A DNA stretch of 63,670 bases, filler included, from Octopus bimaculoides (lineage: Eukaryota), in the NCBI RefSeq assembly GCF_001194135.2. It is 6 parts of 6 records of this genome, joined end to end, with 100 filler letters (N's around TTAATTAATTAA, not from the genome) between each part and the next. Parts side by side here need not be neighbours in the genome. Positions count along the whole stretch, not along the records: positions 1 to 23,175 come from NC_068987.1; 5 more parts are not named here. The stretch is one strand, 5' to 3'. Position 1 is the stretch's first letter; each line of letters begins with the position of its first letter. Position numbers and translations under genes: made by a program. Of this stretch, positions 1-11,845 are shown one piece after another. Below the pieces are notes generated by a model. That model did no database searches. It was not told where the DNA came from and was given only the letters and a program-made list of their open reading frames with translations.

Positions 1-292
1 ATAGAGATAACTCGAATGTGGAATCTAAAAACAGAAACAATTCCTATCATAGTAGGTGCCTTAGGTATAATAAAAAAATATTCAGACAAATACATAACAA
101 AAACACCAGGACTTACAAATATATATAACATACAGAAAATTGCACTACTGGGTACTGCACACATTCTACGCAAAACACTTTCAATACAGTAAACATAAGA
201 GCACCACAGCAAACCACAGCACATACCCAAGGTGCACAGAGCTGCGCTCGGTAGTGAAGTGAAATCACGTTATAAAAATAAAACTACTGAAC
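1..292 (+). mobile_element. 3' end of R4/Dong-clade non-LTR retrotransposon (end of restriction-like endonuclease domain, stop at 190-192, 3' UTR, (AAT)n tail)
   Basis: Frame 1 translates to IEITRMWNLKTETIPIIVGALGIIKKYSDKYITKTPGLTNIYNIQKIALLGTAHILRKTLSIQ*, matching the RLE C-terminus of R4/Dong-like ORFs (IPIVVGALG...QKxALLGTAxILRK). It is followed by a ~100-nt UTR and an AAT tail. The same UTR recurs inverted at 53857-53978. Confidence 0.8.
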
Positions 293-361
293 AATAATAA
301 TAATAATAATAATGATGATAATAATGATGATGATAATGATGATGAAGATGATGATGATGAT

Positions 362-920
362 AAATGCCCGGATGCAGTACCAGGCAGTGGCTCTCATGGC
401 TTCTGATCTTAATTGATTGGAAGTGTTATCATGTACATTGTTTTGCCTTGGTATAAAAGTTGGGCTACAGCAAATATTCTGCTTAATACCACAGATTTGC
501 TTGTCAGTTGTTTGACTTTAGCCAGTTGAGCATGGCCCTTAGTGGTTGATGATATGTGCATCTCTGATCATGAGCAGATGTAGTAGGGGAGCATCATAGC
601 CATGTGTTGAGAGGAATTCTTTGGGGGTTTGAATAATTCACCTTTGGAAACATTGGTATTTTGCTCAACATCCTTAAACAAACCTTATTCAGGAACCTTT
701 TGAGCGGAATGGGCTACACAACATGAAGAAAATTCTAACTGGGCCCCACCTGCGTGGTCATGCACTGTTTATCTTGATATGAGATCACCATGTTGCACAC
801 ATATGGTTGTGATGCATGTGCCTGATGTACCCTTATCAGATGGGTAGTCATGATGGGTATAATGGGCTTCATATATTTTACCCCAGTGTCACTTTGATGG
901 CAAGGACTGCTCTCTCACTC
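362..920. mobile_element. ~560-bp non-coding interspersed repeat (called E560 here), flanked on both sides by (AAT)/(GAT) microsatellite
   Basis: A reverse-complement copy lies at 53271-53776 (e.g. CAGTACCAGGCAGTGGCTC vs GAGCCACTGCCTGGTACT). No coding capacity; sense orientation not determinable. Confidence 0.8.
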
Positions 921-964
<44 letters not shown>

Positions 965-973
965 TAATAATAA

Positions 974-2378
974 TCTTTTCTACTATATCGGAGAGGGGGC
1001 AAGTCAATTACAAATACTCAACTGGTACTTGTATTGACTCTGAAAGGATGAAAAGCATAGTCAACCTCAACCGAATTTGAACTCAGAATGTAAAACCAGA
1101 AGAAAGGCTACTAAGTATTTTATCTGGCAAATTAATGATCCTGTCAGTTTGCTGCCTCATTACCCTAACATTAATTCCTTCTACTACAGGTACAAGACAA
1201 GCAATAATTCCTAAAATATGCACATGACTAAAATTCTGGTAGGCATGTATGGTCAATTAGATAACTCACACCCACCCCACTGCCTAAGCAGTACTCATTT
1301 TATCAATCCAAGAAGGATGAAAGGTGAAAATCATCCACACTGGGATTCAGAACATCAACAGATGCCAATGAAAGATGCTACAATGCATTTTGTCCAATAT
1401 CCTAAAATTTCAGTCATTCCAATGTCAACTGGGTAATAATAATAATAATTATCTCTTTTAAAAGCACAAGGCCTGAAATTCTGGGGGAGGGGACTAGACA
1501 ATTACATCAAGCCCAGGGTTTCACTGGTACTTAATTTATTGATCCCAAAAGGATGAAAGGTAAAGTCGACCTCAGCGTAATTTGAATTCAGAATGTGAAG
1601 ACAGACAAAATATTGCTAAGCATTTCACCTGGCATACTAACGATTCTGCCAGCCCATCACCTTAGTAGTAGTAGTAATCCTTTCTACTATAGGTACAAGG
1701 CCTGGGTTTTGTAGGGAGGGGCACAGTTGATCACATCAAACCCAGTGCTCAACTGGTACTTAATTTATTGACCCTGAAAGGATGAAAGGCAAAGTCAACC
1801 CCAGCCGAATTTGAACTCAGAACATAAAGACAGACANNNNNNNNNNTGAAAGGCAAAGTTGACCTCGACGGAATTGGAACTGATGACAAACCACTAAGCA
1901 TATTGCCTGGCATGTTAACAATTCTGCCAGCTTGCCACCTTTAATAATAATCCTTTCTGCTGAAGGCACAAGGCCCGTAATCTTTGGGGAGGAGGCCAGT
2001 TGATTAGATCGACCCCAGTACACAACTGGTACTTAATTTATCAACCCTGAAAAGAATGAAAGGCAAAGTCAACCCCAGCCGAATTTGAACTCAGAACATA
2101 AAGACAGACAAAATGCTGCTGAGCATTTTGCCCAGTGTGCTAACAATTCTGCCAGCTCACTAATAACAATAATTTCAAATTTTGGCACAAGGCCAGAAAT
2201 TTCAGGGAACGGGAAAAGTAGATTACATTGGCCCCAGTGTTCAACTGGTACTTATTCTATCAACCCTGAATGGATCGAAAGGCAAAGTCAACCTCAGTGA
2301 AATTTGAACTCAGAACACAAGGATGGACAAAATGCTGCTAAGCATTTTGCCTGGTGTGCTAACAATTCTACCAGCTTG
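974..2378 (-). mobile_element. Head-to-tail array of at least six tRNA-derived SINE copies (family A): ~974-1165, 1450-1663, 1678-1836, 1847-1941, 1951-2160, 2172-2378
   Basis: Repeated ~200-bp units with the minus-strand head AAGGYGGYGAGCTGGCAGAA (A box) and GAGTTCAAATT (B box), a GCCTTTCATCCTTTC...GATAAATTAAGTACCAG core and an (ATT)n tail. Units are joined by short TAA/TAG triplets. Probably one of the known octopus tRNA-SINEs (not verified). Confidence 0.85.
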
Positions 2379-2728
2379 AAGTAGTAGTAGTAATAACAAC
2401 AACAACAACAACAACAATTAATGAATAAATTAATGAGAATTATACATAATTACAAACAAACAAATGCTGCTAATGACTGTCTATTCAATATGTTGATGTT
2501 CCTGCCAAAGAGTGTGTATTTTATTAATCATGTGCTGGCCAATGCTGGAAGAATAGAAGGCGTACAAACTGCAGATATTTATAAAAATCCATGCTAGGTA
2601 CAACAGGCAGTCTGGTTCAGTGGTAGCCATACTTGACAGAGGGCCTATCATGTCCTGTTCACTGACCTCAACAGATGCGTCAGCTTCAAGTCCTGAAAAA
2701 GACAACGATGAAAGATGTACATGAGTAT

Positions 2729-2775
<47 letters not shown>

Positions 2776-2786
2776 GTAAGTATATA

Positions 2787-3140
2787 TGTGGCTGTGTAGT
2801 AAGAAGCTTGATTCTCAATCACATGGTTCCAGGTTCAGGCCCACTGCGTGACACCTTGGGCAAGTGTCTTCTACTATAGCCTCGGGCCAACCAAAGCCTT
2901 GTGAGTGGATTTGGTAGATGGAAACTGAAAGAAGTCTGTCATATACATATGTATATGTTTGGGTGTGTCTGTGTTTATCCCACTACCATTACTTGACAAC
3001 TGATGTTGGAGTGTTTGCACCCCCATAGCTTAGTGTTTCAGCAAGGAAGGCTGTCCTGGGGTCAATTTGTTTGACTAAAGGTGGTGCTCCAGCATGGCAG
3101 CAGTCAAATGACTGAAACAAGTAAAAGAATAAAAGAAAAG
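2787..3140 (+). mobile_element. tRNA-derived SINE, family B (full length)
   Basis: Head GGCTGTGTAGTAAGAAGCTT...GGTTCAGGCCC (A/B-box-like), body CACCTTGGGCAAGTGTCTTCTACTATAGCC, internal (TA)/(TG) tract, end GACTGAAACAAGTAAAAGAA. Homologous copies at 16.9, 19.8, 21.6, 52.7 and 58.1 kb. Confidence 0.85.
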
Positions 3141-3171
3141 AATATATAAGCATATGTGTGTGTGTCTGTGC

Positions 3172-3215
<44 letters not shown>

Positions 3216-3216
<1 letters not shown>

Positions 3217-3350
3217 ATTGCAGCATGGAAGGTGTTTATAAGCCATTTAAAAACACACAAAAACCGTTAGATTCACTTCAACATTTAAATTGTCAAAATA
3301 TTTTCATCGCTTTGAAACCACAACCTGTTCACTGACAAAATTCCGTGCTA
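3216..3350 (-). ncRNA. Short repeat carrying a putative minimal type-I hammerhead ribozyme (G3-C8 variant) at ~3290-3337
   Basis: Minus strand reads TTGTCA-GTGAACA-G-GTTGT-ggtttcaaa-GCGAT-GAAA-ATATT-T-TGACAA. Helix I is 6 bp perfect, helix II is kept partly by G.U pairs, and helix III is the palindrome AATATT. Homologous to 51175-51344 and 51716-51862. Confidence 0.55.
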
Positions 3351-3727
3351 CATACATATATCATTGTTTAGTGTCCAATGTTACATGTCTGCATAGATCA
3401 CACACAATTTTTCGAATCAGATTTTCTATGGCTGGATATCCTTCCTACTGCTAACCTACACCTATTTCCAAGCAAAATAATATTTCCCCATGGAAGACTG
3501 GATACAAACATTGTTTATCTGACGGTGATGCTCATTTACAATCATCAAATGATGTTAAGACAAGGGTATATACACACAAAGTTCTTTCAATTTCCATCTA
3601 CCAAATCCACTTACACTATTTTGGTAAGCCCAGGGCTACAGTAGAAGACACTTGCTCAAAATACTGTATGGTGAAACTGAACCCAAGACTACATAATTAT
3701 TGCAATATGTATGTATATATGTATATA

Positions 3728-4186
3728 TCAGGTCATCCCATAAGTTCTGTCCGAATTTTGAATAAAGAAAACAAGTGATCAAATGTTATATTTAATTGAA
3801 ATTTAATCATCAATGTACTTTCCCTGATTATCTATGACTTCCTCCCATCTATTTACAAGCTTTTTAATCCCATCAATGTAAAACTCTTTTGGTTTCAAAG
3901 CGAAGAACTCTGAAATGTCAGTTTTGACCTCCTCCTGGCTTGCGAAAGTTTTGTCCCCAAAATGATTCTGGAAACTACGAAACAAATGGTAGTCTGAAGG
4001 AGCAAGGTCAAGAGAATAAGGTGGATGAGGAAATTTTTCCCAACCAAGCTCTTCGATCTTCTGTGATGTGATCTTTGCAGTGTGGGGTTGTGCATTGTCC
4101 TGATGAAACATCATTCCTTTTCGATTCACTAAAGCAGGTCTTTTTTTCTTCAAAGCTTGGTTCAAACGCTCTAATTGCTCACAGTC
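3728..4186 (-). mobile_element. mariner transposon, 3' half (DD34D transposase C-terminus plus one terminal inverted repeat)
   Basis: ORF 3803-4201 has HQDNAQPH...HPPYSLDLAPSDYHLF with exactly 34 residues between the second and third Asp. The TA-TCAGGTCATCCCATAAG end is at 3726-3745. The 5' half is missing; the sequence switches to another repeat at ~4186. Confidence 0.9.
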
Positions 4187-4440
4187 AAGCGGTACTGGCA
4201 ATGGCCACGCTCAAAACAGTGTATTTTACGTGCCACCTGCACAAGAGCCAGGAAGGTGATGCTGGAAACGATCACGCTCAAATGTTGCTATTTACGACCC
4301 ACTGGCACGGAAGCCAGGCAGCCACTCTGGCAACGATCATGCTCAGACAGTGCTCTTAGCGCTCCACTGGTACAGGTGCCATCACGATTTCGCTTTCACT
4401 TGCCCCAACAGGTTGTCGCAAGCCGAGTTTAGTGTCCAAT
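4187..4440. repeat. GC-rich interspersed repeat built from three diverged ~65-bp tandem units
   Basis: Units start CTGGCAATGGCCACGCTCAAA (~4195), CTGGAAACGATCACGCTCAAA (~4262) and CTGGCAACGATCATGCTCAGA (~4327), and each ends near a GCCA motif. Confidence 0.6.
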
Positions 4441-4482
4441 ATATATATATACACGCATATATACATATACACACACACATGC

Positions 4483-4522
<40 letters not shown>

Positions 4523-4574
4523 GCTTGAAAGGAACTCCCTCCCATGAGGCCCAACACTCAATATACATATATAC

Positions 4575-5350
4575 CATTGGTTAAGTCATTTCGACTCTCG
4601 TCATATCTGAAGATATGTCGCTCTTTCTAAAATATTAAATAAATATGAAAGAGTATTAATTTACGTCGTCTGACAAAACAGCAACAATGTTGACACTATA
4701 CTGTACTGTTAATTCCAGGTTGTATTGATTGGTTACATTCATATTCGTCTCCGGGTAATAAATAAAAAGCAATAGAAATATATAATCTGTACAGCATATT
4801 AAAATTAATCTGTATAGCATATTAAAATTAATGTTGAAATACAGTATGCATCATTGATCCCGAATTTTGTTTTACATTGAATAAAATGCAAGAGGATTTT
4901 TCTCATAGAGATAAATGTCTTGTGTTATTTGAAGAAATGGATCCCATTGCACAACGTTTTATAAAAATATTGGGGGGTTGTCAAGATACTACTGCACCTT
5001 ATTACCCAATCCTTGAAGAGAAGAAGAAAAGACAATTCAAGGAACTTCAGACAGGTTTCCACAACAATCTACACCCTCACAATAGGAGTCAGTTGACCAT
5101 CTCCAACCATAGACATCTAGTGTGTAATTTCCTTCTCCTCTTATACCAGCCTCAACAAGTAACACCACTGTCAGCCATCAGGTAGGTAACAGTAAAGCAT
5201 TTGAAATTATTACTTTCTGATATAAAAGCAGCCTACACCTTCCAAACAATTTACCAAATTCCTAGGCTAACATAAAAACAACCTAGGCTAGCCTAGGTTT
5301 CAATCATTACATGTATATACATTTAAATAATGGTTATTTCGACTTACATA
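4575..5350 (+). mobile_element. Decayed non-autonomous Tigger/pogo-type element
   Basis: 4880-5050 translates FEEMDPIAQRFIKILGGCQDTTAPYYPILEEKKKRQ, resembling the Tigger transposase C-terminus. TTCGACTTAC/TTCGACTCTC end motifs lie near 4588 and 5338. Confidence 0.45.
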
Positions 5351-5791
5351 TCTTGTCAGGTCCCCTCAATCACCAATGTATTTCCATACATTCACAACGT
5401 TTGTTTTGTTTTTGTTTTTGACTGCTGAATGGTAGCACTCATTCTAGTTCAGTGTGCTGTAGCACTATAACTCAATTTGTGTTGAAAATTATAGTCATGA
5501 AGAAGACTTTATTTTGATATAAAAATTAATGGAGAGGGAGAGAAAATATTTTCAGATGAAAAGGTGATTTAAGGGAGATTTAGCTGTTGTTGCAAGCACT
5601 TCCCATGACCAACTGGTACCTTCCTCATTTCGTTGTCACTCTGACATATATGTTTCTTTAATATTTTTCTCCTCATAAATACATTTTATGGAATGATAAT
5701 GCAGAAGTAACACTCCAGTTTTGTTTAACTGGGATTTAAGCAAAAAAAAACAAAAAAACTGTAATTTAAATCTTTAAACCCACCCCCATAC

Positions 5792-5831
5792 CAAGTGAGT
5801 CCATGTGTGTCAGAAAAACCACATTTACTAA
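5792..5831 (-). other. Candidate 40-nt exon of an unidentified host gene
   Basis: Minus strand catactttacAG|TTAGTAAATG...GGACTCACTTG|GTatgg; open as LVNVVFLTHMDSL or SKCGFSDTHGLT. Splice-site pattern only, no homology recognised. Confidence 0.2.
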
Positions 5832-6824
5832 CTGTAAAGTATGATATTAAAATAAATTATCTTTTACATAACCTTTTAAAAATCACTGTGGATAAATCCC
5901 AGCAATGATCTTCTAAGGCTCTCCAATTACAAACAGAAANNNNNNNNNNGTTTTCAACTAAAAAGGCTTCTTCCATTGATAAATGCATGGTGTAAAAAAA
6001 AAAAAAAAGGCCAAAATCAGTCGAGATGAGTGTGGAGGGGGAAATCATAAATTTTCGAAATTTTTTTTTCATAAAAGCCTTCTCCCCATATAGACATTAA
6101 AATTGTATTGATTATCATGTCCCAATACCTCAAGGTTTATTTAGTTCTATACCTACAATAAATGTGCCAAAATCCAAGTCCCTGTGGCTGGTACTTTTGA
6201 ATTTAGCTAAGTCTGAAAACACATGAAAAGCTTACACTTGTGTTGTAAGATCAACTGTTTATTACATGCAACAAAAAAGGTCTTACGTAAATATTTTTAA
6301 AATTGCCAAAAAAACAAAGTTTCATTTTCAAGAACCCGAAAAAAAAAAAGTATATGCTATCCCATGGACACTATCAACTTGTGTAATTTGAATATTATCA
6401 CATCAGTTTCAAATATGGGTAATCATTTAGGCCTAATTAGGCAAGATTTTGACAAATTCACTGACCATTCAAATTGTCATATTTCCTAAAATATTCATCC
6501 AAATTTCACAAATGAGATATTAAAATGTTTCTTTTTGGATGCTCTCCAATACAAAGTATGATAGAAATTAGATTTAAATATTTTCAAAAATTCATCATGA
6601 TACCTACTTTCATGTTTCCATTTTCACACTGAGTATACATATACTGCCTATTTTAACAGTATAAAGTAGCAATGGAGAAAAGCCTCAACTTCAAATAAAT
6701 GAATAAACTATATATGTATTGATTACTTTTCTCTTCAAATGTATGTATGCGTGAGTGAGCAGACAGACAGCAGAAAGAGAAAGATGGAGGTAGTTAATAG
6801 ATAGATAGGCAGGGAGGCAGACAG

Positions 6825-6865
<41 letters not shown>

Positions 6866-6944
6866 NNNNNNNNNNNNNNNNNNNNNNNNNNNNNNNNNNN
6901 NNNNNNNNNNNNNNNNNNNNNNNNNNNNNNNNNNNNNNNNNNNN

Positions 6945-6998
<54 letters not shown>

Positions 6999-7808
6999 TC
7001 ACAAGAACAAAGATAGAAAAATAAAGAGCAAGAGACAGTGAAAGAGAAAAGCTAGAGAGGCATTTTACTTGACACTCTTGGTTCTGTAATCCACTAATCC
7101 TGAAGTAATTAATGGTCAATTCTCACAACTAATCTGGATTAAAATCAACCCCCTTAACCCAATTGGTTATTTTATAGACCCCAAAAAGGAAGAAAGACAA
7201 AGTTGACCTTTTAAAAAGATTTGAAATTGAAATGTAGAAGGGATGTAAATTTGTCTAGCACTCAACTGATTCTGTCATTGAATAATGAGAATGCAGAGGT
7301 AGAAACACTGTCTGGCAGTATTTAGGTTTGGTCCTTTACCACTATTACTTTCATTCATAGTTCATTTTTCACTTGGGTCAAATTTGCATTTGATCCCTCT
7401 GATGTTAATTCAATCACAAGTGGATTGGCAATATGATTAAATCATTGGATAAAATACCTACAGTATTTAGTTATGGACTTTTATATGTTGAGTTCAAATC
7501 CTAATATCAGTTTTACTTCTCATCTTTCCAGGGTGGATGAAATAAAACAATAGTCAAATACAGGGAGAATTACTTCAAATCATTATATTCCACTTGTTTA
7601 AATATTTAGCCTCATGACTTTAATTTATCACTTAAGTATGTAATTGATAGTTTGTTTCCATTCTCCATTTGTCCCTCCCTCAAAAGCAATATATTATTAT
7701 GATGCTTTTGCTTCCTCCTTCTCTATTAAAACATGAATAAGTCATTTTGTTAATTGAATACTGAGTAAACGCGAACTTTATATCATTAACCACCCCTGTA
7801 TAAACTGT

Positions 7809-7861
<53 letters not shown>

Positions 7862-7889
7862 TGTCTATATATTTTCTTATTTATGGGTT

Positions 7890-8080
7890 TCACATTTTGG
7901 AACAAGGCCAGCAATTTCAGGGAACAGGGTAAGTCGATTACATCAACCTCAGTGCTCAACTGGTACTTATTTTACCAACCCTGAAAAGATGAAAAGTTAA
8001 GTCAACCTTGGCGGAATTTGAACTCAGAACTTAAAGATGGACGAAGAGTTGCTAAGCATTTTTTCTGTCATGCTAACAAT
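7890..8080 (-). mobile_element. SINE family A copy
   Basis: CTCAACTGGTACTTATTTTACCAACCCTGAAAAGATGAAAAGTTAAGTCAACCTTGGCGGAATTTGAACTCAGAAC matches the units at 974-2378. Confidence 0.8.
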
Positions 8081-8242
8081 TTCTTGTTTAATAAATGTAT
8101 TTAACACCAGTGGATTTGTCAAGGGTGTCCACTGGTTATTAATATAGTTATAAACTATATTAACCAGTGATTATTCTGATAACTTGATATCTTGATGCAC
8201 TACCTCAAGAGTCATGGTTTCCTCGTCTGCCACTTAACCTAC

Positions 8243-8304
8243 CCAACCACAGTCATAAAGACTGGGGGTGAGTGGGTTAAGGGCTGGAGGATACTGTTCC
8301 ATTT
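8243..8304 (-). CDS. Candidate coding exon of an unidentified host gene (MEQYPPALNPLTPSLYDCGW)
   Basis: Strong acceptor tttttttgtttattattttatacAG|AAATGG and donor TGG|GTAGGT (alternative AG|GTTAAG at 8239; otherwise TAA at 8234-8236). It is a GC-richer unique island in AT-rich DNA. Product not recognised. Confidence 0.35.
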
Positions 8305-11300
8305 CTGTATAAAATAATAAACAAAAAAAAATGCTTGTGTGAATTGTCTTACTATTTTACAGAATGAAACAAGAAAATTAGTTATGTTTTCTTCCTAGTA
8401 GACTAGTTTGGGAGGCTTTGCTATTAAAAAGTCATGGGTACAACACTTCTTCCTCTGGCAAGCACTGAAATTTTTAACATATGTAACCTGCAAAAAGTCA
8501 TGATTCCTGACACACAAATATCTTTGCAGAAGACATGTAACATTGCCCAGACTAGCATAATAATTATTTAGAATAAAATAAATCAGGTATTCAATTTCAT
8601 CATTATTGTTTTAATGTCCATCTTTCCATGTTTGCATGGGTCAGATGGACTTCATCAAGGTAGATTTTCATGTTTTGATGATGTTATTTTTTATCTAATA
8701 AAGACTTATATTGATGAAATGTGTTTGTTGTTGATCATAGTAAGATAAAATCATGATAATAACAATACATCTAGTTGTAAAGTAAGGCATTTTGAAACTA
8801 CATATACATGGACATCAAAAAAGCTAGCTGTGGACTTGTTGCACTATAACAGAGTGGTGACATTTAGTAGAGATGACCCAGAAGTTGTTCCTCTTTGATT
8901 ACTATTGCAAACAGCAGTAGCTTTCTTCAACTGAATACATGTTGATTGGTTGAAATTACCCAAATATGACAACTATAACATGAAATAACTTCTAAAATAC
9001 GAAATTTTGTCCAAAACATTCAGAGTAAACTGTGTTCTACATGAGAAATTCTACCAGTATTCAATGTTTCAAACTGTTTGGTTAAAAAAAATCTGTGATT
9101 GAGATGAAATAGATCCGATCATATTTCCCCATAGCCAGATATGATTTTCATAGAAGGCTGGAAACGAACAATATCTTTTGTATAACACACACACAAATGT
9201 GCAGTTGGCTTCTTTTAGTTTTGGTTGGCCCAGGGTGTGGAATAATGGCACTGAAATCACATGGTTTGGATGCAAGCTTCTTAACCACACAGCCATGCCT
9301 GCACCTATTTAAATATAAATTGTCAAAAGCTGATATTTCATCCTCACAAGCACCATATTCATAACTCAGAAGACAATAAATAAACCAAATGAATTATAAC
9401 AGAATATTAGATTGTACACCATACTGTAATTGCCTTATTTTAGACTTTTAAATATTTGAAGATATTTATAATTGCCTCAAGTACAGTTTCCAATTAAAAA
9501 TTATTTACTGGACAACTAACTGGTGTTTATTGATAGAGAAGGGATGCATGGATGAGAAAACAAAACTGTTGCCATCATAATGTTTGAGAGAGAGAGAGAA
9601 AGGGAAAGGGAGAGAGGGGGAGGGAGATAGACAGAGACTGTTACAGACTTCTATTTACACATCAGCTTGGAGTGTGAGTAAGGAGGAAAATGTCTTCACC
9701 TCAGTAACATTTGTGAGAAAGATAGAGTAAGAGAAATCGTAACAGTTGCAGATTGTTTTCAGCTATCACTATCACCAGTACAACCACCATCACCACCACA
9801 ACTGCCATACACACACCATTCAAGCTTTTGACGCCACCACCTTCAACACCTTTGATGTCACTGCCTTCCCCTACACCATCATCACCAGTCTTTCACATCC
9901 CTTACTACCACCTGCATGCTTGACCCCCTCAGCTACTACCACCATCATCACTGTCACCTCCATCTCTATCACAACTACAGCTCATACTATTACTATCACC
10001 CCATTACCATCTCAACTGCCAATCTACTACCGCCCTATTACCCTATACCTTCTATTACTCTCACCCCAGCAAGAGGAGTAGAAGTGTCATTGAATAGTGA
10101 GAGAGAAGGGGGGGGGTCAAAATGTGACACAGAAATTCATTTTGGCATTATTATTTTGAGAAATTTCTGAATGAAAGACAGTTGGACGTTTTCATATCAT
10201 GGAAACCTATAGACAGAAATACCCAATGGTTAGATAATGAAATTACATCTAATATTCAGTTATAACTAATTTCAACCTTTCTCTTATTTGTTGCTTTATG
10301 AGTATTGAATATGGCATTTGTGGTGCTGAAATATCAGCTCTTAAATTTATATAAATTGTGTACTATCATTCAACCACTGTAGTGGTTGAATATATTCTTA
10401 AGTCCACCATTTCGTCAATCGCAGCAGCTTCCAAGCTTCACCACTAATTCAGTTCTCAACTAAATTACAAACTGTTAATAGTTTTAAAGAGGACACCTTC
10501 TCAGCTACACTTTGGCATAAATAGTTTGAGATTTGGTTCAGTAGAAAAAAATGTTGCATCAAAATATGTGAGACCTCAAAGTGGGCAGTAAGGCAGGTAT
10601 TCTCATCTTCAATTAACATAAATTTTTTAATTTTAAAATATAAGTATACTTTTCTTAGGCTTAAATGATATAAAAATGCATGAGGAATTCAGAATCGTTA
10701 GTTGCATTGAACAAAAATTAGTAGACAAAGAGTTATGGGGTAAAATGTCATGAAATGTGAAATAAGTAAGGGAGTAACACCCCAAGCAATAAGAATATTA
10801 TTTCTAAAATGAATGTTTACATTCTGAGGCAGCGAACTGGCAGAAATGTTAGCACACCATGCGAAATGCTTAGAGGTATTTCATCTGTCTTTACGTTCTG
10901 AGTTCAAATTCTGCCGAGGTTGACTTTGCCTTTCATACATTTCGGATCTATTCAATTTGATGTACAGATTATTTAATTAAGTTTTTTTAACTAAACACTT
11001 TGAAGCTTTGGATACTGGTAGAATGTGTCACATAGAACAGGGTTTATTCTTAGCGTTTTTGATAAAATTTTGTATTTTAGAAGTTATTTCATCAGAAGTT
11101 ACAGAGTGACAATGGACAAATTTGTGTTTGATAAGTGCCAATACATGAAACTCTCAGCTTTTGACTTACTCTCTAACTTCTGCCGATGATATATGTACAT
11201 ATTACATATATGTGTAAAAAAATCTCATTATGCAATTGAACCAATGAAAGAGCCTCTACCTGGTCACTCAACACGCTAAAAATAGCAACCAAAGTATCCC

Positions 11301-11845
11301 CCTACCTAAATCACAAACCCATTGTATGTAATATCCTAGATTATCCCTAAAAAGATGGTCTGCTGAAGGCTGGAATGTCTTTGATGATAGGTTTGCAGTA
11401 TCAGGGTTGATTTGAGGCTAAATAACAACATTATGGTAAATTTCTATATTAACACCTGCAGGATTTTCACTAAGAAAGAAACAAACAAACAAAAGATTGG
11501 ATTTTTTGCATGGAATCAAGTACCCTGACCTCCTAATATGCTGCAAATCCCTTATTTTGGTTCTGAAAAATGGTGGGGGGGGGGATTCCCAGAATCATTG
11601 GAAATTTTTTTTTTTTTTAAATGAATTCCTGTGACCTCTGCCATTAATTTAGTGCGGATGGGTAATATCAAATAATTCAATCACAACATATATTTCAATT
11701 AAACGTGAAAAAAATTGAAATATTATCATCACTTACATGGAAAAAATGAAATATTATCTTTCAGTATTTTATAAGGTAAAATCTTAAATTATTAATTAAC
11801 ACATTATTAATTAATCTATAACAGCAATACCTGGAAAAATCATGG

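Noticed and set aside
974-2378. Regularly spaced repeats superficially like a CRISPR array
   Set aside because: Units are ~200-bp diverged SINEs with Pol III boxes, there are no constant-length unique spacers or cas genes, and the context is eukaryotic.
8842-8930. Possible terminal exon LKKATAVCNSNQRGTTSGSSLLNVTTLL* on the minus strand
   Set aside because: The acceptor has almost no pyrimidine tract and the peptide has no recognisable features; compatible with chance.
10368-10391. Perfect 11-bp-arm palindrome ATTCAACCACT-GT-AGTGGTTGAAT
   Set aside because: It lies within what looks like an old AT-rich DNA-transposon body; too short and isolated to assign a function.
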